Below, piece after piece: positions 8,582 through 15,194 of a stretch of DNA of 37,871 bases; position 1 is the first letter of the stretch; every line of letters starts with the position of its first letter. The notes beneath the pieces are model-generated. The model was not told where the DNA came from. It saw only the letters and a program-made list of their open reading frames with translations, and searched no databases. The position numbers and the translations under genes were made by a program. Origin of the DNA: a virus (taxonomy: Duplodnaviria > Caudoviricetes). The stretch spans positions 1 to 37,871 of the IMG/VR virus record IMGVR_UViG_3300044674_002189; one strand, written 5' to 3'.

Positions 8582-8828
8582 CCCTGTGCAGCTACCGAAC
8601 GCCATCATCACCGGGTTCGCTGTGAGCAAGACGTACGCTGTCGGCACCGAAGGTGAACGGCACGCTATCGTCGCATTGACTTTACAGCTCGCCATTTCCG
8701 AGGGTAACCTCGTACAGCAGACGTTCATCATGCACAAGGACGATGTTCCGTTGTTGCGTAGCGAACTGAAGAACCCGTCCACCATCGACCCAAATCAAGA
8801 ACATCTACCCATTGAGGAGCAACAGTAA
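8574..8828 (+). CDS. hypothetical protein
   Basis: 84 aa ORF, TAATG-coupled to the next gene. Confidence 0.65.
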   Translation: MTDPVQLPNAIITGFAVSKTYAVGTEGERHAIVALTLQLAISEGNLVQQTFIMHKDDVPLLRSELKNPSTIDPNQEHLPIEEQQ

Positions 8829-9340
8829 TGTCTAGTTTCAACTTTGAATCCGTTTTCCAGGACGCCGTCAGCGAAGGTTTCGGCCCGTCCATTGACCTGT
8901 CCCCCGGCAAGTACATTGCGGAGATCAAGTCCGCTAACTTTGGCGAGTCGAAGGCGGGAGCGCCGAAGGCCGGGTTCATGTTTGTCGCTCAAGACGGTAG
9001 CGTTAGCGCCGACGGCGAAGACATGAGCGGCGGTACCATCTGGCTCAACGCCACGTTCTCCGAGAAGGCCGCCGGGTTCGCTGCCCGTGACTGCGCTTCG
9101 CTCGGGGTGACCGGCGCTATGCTCAACGCTGACCCGCAGGCCGCCGTGCAGACGGCTATCGGGCAGGTGTGGTCGGTTGAGGTGAAGTTGTCGAAGGACG
9201 GCCAGTGGACGAACGTCTACCTGGGTAAGAAGCAGGACGGTGGCGCTGCCCTTAAGGCTGTGCCGACCCCGACTCCGGCCCCTACCGCCGCCGAGTCCTT
9301 CGAGAAGGACGTAGACACCGGCGACACCTGGGCCATCTGA
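8828..9340 (+). CDS. SSB-like (DUF669-type OB-fold) protein
   Basis: PGKY.AEI...ESKAG pattern; Pro/Ala linker and acidic tail with terminal Trp; follows Sak4. Confidence 0.7.
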   Translation: MSSFNFESVFQDAVSEGFGPSIDLSPGKYIAEIKSANFGESKAGAPKAGFMFVAQDGSVSADGEDMSGGTIWLNATFSEKAAGFAARDCASLGVTGAMLNADPQAAVQTAIGQVWSVEVKLSKDGQWTNVYLGKKQDGGAALKAVPTPTPAPTAAESFEKDVDTGDTWAI

Positions 9341-9342
9341 TC

Positions 9343-9434
9343 CACTAACGTCGGCCCGGGCAGAGGCGGTCACCTCTCCTCCCTCCGACCGTAGTGAGTA
9401 CATCCCCGCCGGGCAGGGCCCGGGACCCGGCGGG
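9343..9434 (+). ncRNA. structured non-coding segment (two GC-rich hairpins) upstream of the tRNA-like RNA
   Basis: Nested stems CACTA/TAGTG, GTCGG/CCGAC and AGAGG/CCTCT; second stem CCCGCCGGG/CCCGGCGGG. Confidence 0.45.
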
Positions 9435-9438
9435 CAAC

Positions 9439-9512
9439 GGGCGTGAAGGTTGGCTTCGCCGCACCGGCCATGTGCAGGTGCGGGTACCCGGGTTCGATCC
9501 CCGGCACGTCCA
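9439..9512 (+). ncRNA. tRNA-like RNA with alanine identity, resembling the tmRNA tRNA-like domain (no tag ORF)
   Basis: Acceptor stem GGGCGTG/CACGTCC with G3-U70 and A73; T arm CCGGG-TTCGATC-CCCGG; D region ending TTCG with at most a weak stem; 7-bp helix CCGCACC/GGTGCGG with an 11-nt loop. Confidence 0.8.
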
Positions 9513-9532
9513 CGATTATCGGAGGAGTTCAT

Positions 9533-10096
9533 ATGACTAAGCAGGCAGTGGCTGTGTTGCTCGGATTTGTGACCCTCATTTGTGGGGTCGAATTGTACGA
9601 TGCGTACATCGGTGACGGCAGCTTGCATGCTTACGGCGTTGTGCCCCGGGGCGGTTCTGTTGTGCCGGGGGTGGTGGCGTATGCGTTTATTCATGGCGGC
9701 TGGGCGCATCTGGCGGGCAACGTTGCCGGGCTGCTGCTGGCCGGGGGCATGGCAGCTACGAGAGGCGCAGCGTACCTGTCTTGGGTGGTTGCGTCTGGTG
9801 TGGTGGGAGGCGGGGTGGGCGTGTGGTTTATCGGTGAGCCCGGAGTGACGGTCATCGGTGCGTCTGGTGTGTTGTTTGCTTTGGTGGGCGCCGTTTTCGT
9901 AACTCATCTGGTCACGTTCGACAACAAGTATTACGTATCTAAGGCGGTAATGGCTGCGGCCTTGCTGGCTGTCGTCATTAGCGGGCTGATCCCTACGGAG
10001 GGTGTCTCGTGGGAGGGGCACCTTGCCGGGGCGGTGGCCGGCGTGGTTTGCGCCGCAGTGTTTCATTCCGTTGAGAATCTTGAGGAGGATTCGTGA
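9533..10096 (+). CDS. rhomboid family intramembrane serine protease
   Basis: SD GGAGGAG and ATG 9533; FIHGGWAHLAGN, catalytic GASG, SWEGHLAG; multiple TM helices. Confidence 0.92.
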   Translation: MTKQAVAVLLGFVTLICGVELYDAYIGDGSLHAYGVVPRGGSVVPGVVAYAFIHGGWAHLAGNVAGLLLAGGMAATRGAAYLSWVVASGVVGGGVGVWFIGEPGVTVIGASGVLFALVGAVFVTHLVTFDNKYYVSKAVMAAALLAVVISGLIPTEGVSWEGHLAGAVAGVVCAAVFHSVENLEEDS

Positions 10097-12582
10097 GCAC
10101 ATTTCCTGAGTTTGCTAACATAGAAGAAATCAAGGCTCGCATGCCGGTCACGTACGTGCTGCACGCTGCCGGGCACGAGCCGGTGGATCGCACGGGACGG
10201 GACCTCATGTACCTGACGCCGTGGCGGCAAGACTCGAACCCGAGCCTGGCGTGCTACGCCGCCGACGATGACGGGGTGGTGGATCGGTGGCGGGACATGG
10301 CCCGGTCCGAGGGCGGGGATCTGCTGGACTTGATCGGCAAGTTGGACACGACTCGTGAGTCGTTCTCTGACCAGTTGGCGATGGCCCGCACGTTGTATGT
10401 GCGGTTCTTGGAAGATGCCTGGTCGGCTCCCGAACCGCTGTCAACGGTCGGGTCGTTTGACATTGAAGCTGCCCGTGCCGAGATGTTGACGTGGGCAGAG
10501 TTGGAACAGCCCGGAGATTTGGAATCTTGGATGCGGGACCGGGACGATTCTGTTTCTAACTTGAGCGCCGGGTTCCTGCGAGGCACGTTTCGTGTTTCGT
10601 ACACGGGCGGGGAAGTGAAAGCCCCGTATTTGAACGCCGACGGCGAGATGGTGGCGTACAAGTACCGCCGACCCGGAGATAAGTTCATGTCGCCGGCGGG
10701 AACTCGGGGCATGTGGACGTTGTTTTACGGCGAGTGGCTCGATGACGGAGCCCGTCCTGTGGTACTATGTGAGGGAGAACCGGACGTCTGGTCAGGTACC
10801 GGCGCCACCCAGGACTATGTGTTCTTGGGGCTACCGTCGGGGGCCGGTACACGCCCCGAGAAGATGCAGTCCCGGCTCGCTGGACGCCGAGTGTATATTG
10901 CGCTCGATGGCGATGAGGCGGGCCGGGACTCATCGACGTTGTGGGCGGATTACTTGCGGGACAACAACGACGTGTACATTGTGCCGGTCCCCGAAGGCCG
11001 AGATTTGTCTTCGGTTGTGGACATTGTGGGGCTGCTGGGCCGGTCCCGACGGTACGAGTCGGAGATGCACGGGATCGTGGAGGTCGCTGGCAGGTACCGT
11101 AGGGTGTCTAACAACGGCGACCCGGGAGCTGAGCTGTCAGACTTTACGGTGACGCCCACGAGGATTATGATGGATCAGGACGGCGGCATGTCGTATGAGG
11201 TTACGGACGGCAACCGGGAGTTGTTGCTGCTGGCATCGGATCTCGGGTCGAAGAACTCGTTTCGTAAGTGGGCGCATCGGCACGGGCTGGTGTGGGCAGG
11301 GAGCGACACGGACACTGCGGTGCTGGCGTCTCGCCTCAAGTTTCGGTCGTTGTTCGTGCCGCAAGAATCGGCTTCTGACATTGCCGGTTTCCACGACGGG
11401 CACATCGTGTGGGACGGCGGGTCTATCGGTGATTCGCCTGTCCGGTATGTGCCGGGCGCTTCTATCGTCAACTTGGACATTCGGGTAACCGAAGGCCGAG
11501 GTGACCACCGACTCATCTACGCTATGCGGGAGATGAATGAACGCAACGTAGTTGATCCGATCTTGGCTTGGGCGGCGGTCGCCCCCTTCCGGTCCCTTCT
11601 CCCCCAGTTCCCGGTGTTGAACCTCGCCGGGGTGTCGGGGTCCGGTAAGACCACAACCGCCCAAGCCATCATCCCGGTGCTGACCGGGTCGCACATCTTT
11701 CAAACGTTGACATCGTCCACGCCGTACGCTGTTGAGTCGCTGGTAAACGCCACCAACGGGTTCCCTGTCGTGTTCGACGAGTACCGGCCGGGGGCTCGCA
11801 GCGCCACGCTGGAGCGGCTGGAGCAGCTGTCTCGTGACGCCTACGACGGCAACCCGTCAGCGAAGTCGATGGGTGGGGACCGGTGGAACGAGATCGCATA
11901 CATCCGTACCGAAGCGCCGATCGTTATTGCCGGAGAGCAGTCCATTACGGAAACGTCGCACGCTGAGCGCATGATTTTGGTGGACGTTCACCGGCCGAAG
12001 GTGCGAGATCCTCGCCATGAGCGGGCGTTGCGGTTCGTGCAGTCCGCCGAGGACGGCACGTTGGCGTACTCGTTTTTGTCGTTCGTGTGCAAGTCCATCT
12101 CGGAGGATTCAACCGTGTCGGTCGTGCCGTCCGGCCCGCAGTCGCTGCCGGACCGGGTGCGGTACAACCTGGGTGTGTTGGATTTGGGTTGGCGTATCCT
12201 CAACGACTTCTTAGCTATGCGTGGCGCTGAAGGGCTGGACGACCCGGACTGGTCCGGCATTGTCAGTACCACGCAGGCGGCCACGTCCACGAACCCTACG
12301 CTGGACGCTTTGGAGTGGGCGTTGGGTGACCGGTTCGCTTCGGAGAACGTGTGGATCGAAGACGACGTGTTGTATGTGCAGGTGGCCGGGTTCGTTGCCG
12401 ACGTGAAACGGTCGGGGGCGTTCACGTTGCCGGGCAACAACGGGCGCACGATCAGTAGTTTGCTGGCCGCCGAGTACGGCGCCGAGCAGACCCGTAAAGC
12501 TCCGCCGTTCGGCGGGCAGTACAAGCGTGTGTGGGCGATGCCCGCAGGCGACGTGTTCGTAGACAACAACGAAGGAGAGTGA
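10093..12582 (+). CDS. DNA primase-helicase (CHC2-like N-terminus, TOPRIM, P-loop helicase)
   Basis: LCEGEPD and ALDGDEAG TOPRIM motifs; GRDLS; Walker A GVSGSGKTT; Walker B VVFDEYR. Confidence 0.9.
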   Translation: MSTFPEFANIEEIKARMPVTYVLHAAGHEPVDRTGRDLMYLTPWRQDSNPSLACYAADDDGVVDRWRDMARSEGGDLLDLIGKLDTTRESFSDQLAMARTLYVRFLEDAWSAPEPLSTVGSFDIEAARAEMLTWAELEQPGDLESWMRDRDDSVSNLSAGFLRGTFRVSYTGGEVKAPYLNADGEMVAYKYRRPGDKFMSPAGTRGMWTLFYGEWLDDGARPVVLCEGEPDVWSGTGATQDYVFLGLPSGAGTRPEKMQSRLAGRRVYIALDGDEAGRDSSTLWADYLRDNNDVYIVPVPEGRDLSSVVDIVGLLGRSRRYESEMHGIVEVAGRYRRVSNNGDPGAELSDFTVTPTRIMMDQDGGMSYEVTDGNRELLLLASDLGSKNSFRKWAHRHGLVWAGSDTDTAVLASRLKFRSLFVPQESASDIAGFHDGHIVWDGGSIGDSPVRYVPGASIVNLDIRVTEGRGDHRLIYAMREMNERNVVDPILAWAAVAPFRSLLPQFPVLNLAGVSGSGKTTTAQAIIPVLTGSHIFQTLTSSTPYAVESLVNATNGFPVVFDEYRPGARSATLERLEQLSRDAYDGNPSAKSMGGDRWNEIAYIRTEAPIVIAGEQSITETSHAERMILVDVHRPKVRDPRHERALRFVQSAEDGTLAYSFLSFVCKSISEDSTVSVVPSGPQSLPDRVRYNLGVLDLGWRILNDFLAMRGAEGLDDPDWSGIVSTTQAATSTNPTLDALEWALGDRFASENVWIEDDVLYVQVAGFVADVKRSGAFTLPGNNGRTISSLLAAEYGAEQTRKAPPFGGQYKRVWAMPAGDVFVDNNEGE

Positions 12583-12583
12583 C

Positions 12584-13297
12584 ATGGGAAGATTAGATGA
12601 TTACATCAACATGATGTCGGTGAAGCGGCAAGGGTGGGATGTGGACGAGCCTGCCGCCAAGTTTACCCGCAGCGTGTCCGACATTCACCAGTTTGAGCTG
12701 CATCATACCGGGGCTCCGGGGCCGGCCAGCATGCATTACGGCGACAAGCGGCAGTGGCTGTTAGGCATCGAACGGTACCATGAGAACACTAAGGGCTGGT
12801 CGGACATCTTCTACCACGTGTTCGTGTTTGCTGACGGAAACATCTGGGAAGGGCGAGATTTGCGGCGGTCGTCTACGTCGCTGGCAGCGAACGCTTTGAC
12901 CGTTCACATCCCGGGCAACGACCCGGTCATCACGCCCGAGCAGCACCGGTCGCTGGTGACGGTGGCCCGGTGGGCTACCCTCGGCAACCCTGCGATGGTG
13001 CGGGGACATTCGGACCGGTCCGCTACGGCATGCCCGGGCAACAACGGGCGGGCTGAGTTGGACGCTATCCGCCGGGACTTGAGTGCAGCGGCGGCTGCGG
13101 TGTCGGCGCCTGACCCGGACGACACCACCTCCGACATGCTGCGAGACATCGAAGAGTTGTCTATGCTGGTCAAAGGCATGCAAGTGTCTATGGCTTCCTT
13201 GCGTACCCGCCTATCTAACCTAGAAAAGCTTCCTATCAAGACATCTGGGATCTCCGAATCCACCATTGAAGAGATCCGTAGGCGTCTGGTAGACTAG
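12584..13297 (+). CDS. endolysin, N-acetylmuramoyl-L-alanine amidase (Amidase_2/PGRP-like)
   Basis: LHHT, GWSDIFYH, IWEGR, GHSD...TACPG. Confidence 0.9.
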   Translation: MGRLDDYINMMSVKRQGWDVDEPAAKFTRSVSDIHQFELHHTGAPGPASMHYGDKRQWLLGIERYHENTKGWSDIFYHVFVFADGNIWEGRDLRRSSTSLAANALTVHIPGNDPVITPEQHRSLVTVARWATLGNPAMVRGHSDRSATACPGNNGRAELDAIRRDLSAAAAAVSAPDPDDTTSDMLRDIEELSMLVKGMQVSMASLRTRLSNLEKLPIKTSGISESTIEEIRRRLVD

Positions 13298-13304
13298 CCG
13301 TATG
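13287..13304 (+). promoter_or_regulatory. extended -10 leaderless promoter
   Basis: TGG-TAGACT-AGCCGT-ATG. Confidence 0.65.
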
Positions 13305-13622
13305 ATCGTGACCGCCGTTTCCGCATGCTGGGCATGGATTGCCTGCGCCACACACCTCGTGTGCTGGCGCCAGTTATCTACCGGCAAAGCCCAGTTCAGC
13401 TCTACTTGGAGCTGGCTGTCGTTGGGGACGGCGGCACTCACGTTCACGTACGCCACCGCATACACTTGGCTGGTGTTTGGTAACCCGGACCGGGCACACT
13501 GGTCCGAACTGTTAGGATACGTTGCCCTCGTGGGGTGGCCCGTCGTCTGGATACTTCCCGGGTGGGCCACCCTCTACGCTTTCCGAATTCAGCGTAGGAA
13601 CATTGCTGAGGGACAGAAATGA
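13302..13622 (+). CDS. multi-TM membrane protein in the lysis cassette
   Basis: About three hydrophobic segments; directly after the endolysin. Confidence 0.7.
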   Translation: MIVTAVSACWAWIACATHLVCWRQLSTGKAQFSSTWSWLSLGTAALTFTYATAYTWLVFGNPDRAHWSELLGYVALVGWPVVWILPGWATLYAFRIQRRNIAEGQK

Positions 13623-13912
13623 ACACCGAAATAGTAGCAGCGATTCTCGGGTCTGGTGCTCTCGGAGCGGTAGGTTCTGGAATTATGGCTGTCGTTCGGG
13701 CACGCAACGAAGCCGAAAAAACTGACGCTCACACGTTGCAAGTAGTTCACACCGTGTACGACGACACCCTCGAAACGGTGATGCACCGGGTGGACGTGCT
13801 AGAAACCCGCATCACCAATTTAGAAGAATCAAATGCGCGGCTTCGCCGCAGGATCAATCAATTAGAGTTGTATATTATTCGAGAGGGCTTGCCCCTCCCA
13901 GACGAATACTGA
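13619..13912 (+). CDS. TM plus coiled-coil protein (lysis accessory / holin-like)
   Basis: N-terminal Gly-rich TM helix and C-terminal heptads; typical of actinophage lysis cassettes. Confidence 0.7.
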   Translation: MNTEIVAAILGSGALGAVGSGIMAVVRARNEAEKTDAHTLQVVHTVYDDTLETVMHRVDVLETRITNLEESNARLRRRINQLELYIIREGLPLPDEY

Positions 13913-13924
13913 TAGGAACCCGCA

Positions 13925-14665
13925 ATGAGCCCCCGAATCCTTTACTTCGACATTGAAACGTTCCCGTTGCTCGCCCACGTGTGGTCAAAGTTTGTGGACG
14001 GCTCCGTTGTGTCTATCGAGCGAGAGTGGAGCATCGCCTCGATCGCCTGGCAATGGGAAGGAGAGAAGCGCACGCATGCGATGGACGCTAGAGACGACGT
14101 TCACAACGATAGCGACATGGTGTACAAGCTGTGGGATCTGTTTGACGAAGCCGACGTGGTCGTAGGGCACAACGCTAACGGGTTTGACATCAAGAAGGCG
14201 CAGGGCCGTATGCTGTTGCTTGGCATGACGCCGCCGTCGCCGTTCCAATCCATTGACACGCTGTCCGTTATTCGCAGACATTTCAAGTTGACGTCGAACC
14301 GGCTCGGAGACGTGTGCGAAGCCCTCGGCCTCGGAGGTAAAGTGTCCACCGGCGGTTGGGAGTTGTGGGCCGGGTGTCTTGCCGGCGACGAGAAGTCGTG
14401 GGACAAGATGGTTCGGTACAACAAGCAGGACGTCGCTTTGCTGCCCAAACTGTACCATCTGCTTCGGCCGTGGATCTCGAACCATCCGGTGCTGCACGCT
14501 ACTGGCTGCCCGAAGTGCGGCAGCGACCATTCGCACGGGCGGGGGTACACCACCACTAAGAGCGGTGTGTCTTACCAGAAGCGTGAATGTCAGGCGTGCG
14601 GCGGGTACTTTACGGTGCCGGGCCTCGTGTCGAAGGCCGAGTACAAGGACATTACCCGGCGATGA
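13925..14665 (+). CDS. RNase H-fold (DnaQ/PolB-exo-like) 3'-5' exonuclease with C-terminal zinc ribbon
   Basis: FDIET, GHNANGFD, IDTL, YNKQDV; CPKCGS...CQACG. Confidence 0.88.
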   Translation: MSPRILYFDIETFPLLAHVWSKFVDGSVVSIEREWSIASIAWQWEGEKRTHAMDARDDVHNDSDMVYKLWDLFDEADVVVGHNANGFDIKKAQGRMLLLGMTPPSPFQSIDTLSVIRRHFKLTSNRLGDVCEALGLGGKVSTGGWELWAGCLAGDEKSWDKMVRYNKQDVALLPKLYHLLRPWISNHPVLHATGCPKCGSDHSHGRGYTTTKSGVSYQKRECQACGGYFTVPGLVSKAEYKDITRR

Positions 14666-14799
14666 TTGACGACGAGTTGGCGTTCATGTTGAGGTTGCAG
14701 GCTCAGCGAGACATTACGACATCCCGGTTGTGGGGTACCCGCCGCCGGTTTGACCTGTTCAAGGGGTACCGTCCCCGAATTCTTACACCTACAAGAGAA

Positions 14800-14817
14800 T
14801 GGTATGATAGAAACATG
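14800..14817 (+). promoter_or_regulatory. extended -10 leaderless promoter
   Basis: TGG-TATGAT-AGAAAC-ATG. Confidence 0.75.
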
Positions 14818-15003
14818 GAAACATACAAGGACCTTGCTCAACGAGTCGCTTGGCGTGCAGCTGACGGCTTCCTTACTGCGGTAGTGTTTGACAACATTTT
14901 CGGTATCGGGCTTTCCGAGTGGAAAGTTGCTGTTGCTGCGGGTGCGTCTGCCGGCATCAAGCCGGTGGTTGCGTTCGTGTCAAAGAAAGCGGGGCGGGGC
15001 TGA
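14815..15003 (+). CDS. holin-like protein (r1t-like); possible longer in-frame form from ATG 14662
   Basis: KDLAQRVAW.AA.GFL...W..A..AG..A pattern, two hydrophobic segments, basic C-terminus; leaderless promoter directly upstream. Confidence 0.65.
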   Translation: METYKDLAQRVAWRAADGFLTAVVFDNIFGIGLSEWKVAVAAGASAGIKPVVAFVSKKAGRG

Positions 15004-15004
15004 T

Positions 15005-15139
15005 TTGGATATTGAACGAACTGATTTAGCCCAGTCGGAGTTTGATTCTCACGTTGAGGACATCGACTGGTCAGCCTACGAATACGAGGATCTGGCGTGC
15101 GGGGTTGAAGACCCGGAGACTTGTGAGTCTTGCCAGTAG
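15005..15139 (+). CDS. 44-aa acidic peptide ending LACGVEDPETCESCQ
   Basis: TTG start just after the holin stop; terminal C-x7-CxxCQ motif. Confidence 0.6.
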   Translation: MDIERTDLAQSEFDSHVEDIDWSAYEYEDLACGVEDPETCESCQ

Positions 15140-15169
15140 CCTCTGAGAGGGGGCCATGTATCTCTGACC

Positions 15170-15194
15170 GAGCCGCCCTTCGGGGCGGCTCTTT
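15170..15194. terminator. intrinsic terminator hairpin between the convergent arms
   Basis: GAGCCGCCC-TTCG-GGGCGGCTC followed by TTT. Confidence 0.85.

Noticed and set aside
9350-9396. HDV-like (theta) ribozyme next to the tRNA-like RNA
   Set aside because: GTCGG...ACC-TCTCCTC-CCT-CCGACC resembles HDV P1/L3, but P3 cannot pair (ACC versus CCT) and it lies 5', not 3', of the RNA.
9439-9512. Canonical tRNA-Ala(TGC) or tRNA-Met(CAT)
   Set aside because: No U8, no proper D stem, and a 7-bp stem with an 11-nt loop gives no correctly positioned anticodon.
9443-9532. N-terminal extension of the rhomboid given in the ORF track
   Set aside because: It overlaps the tRNA-like RNA; a strong SD precedes ATG 9533.
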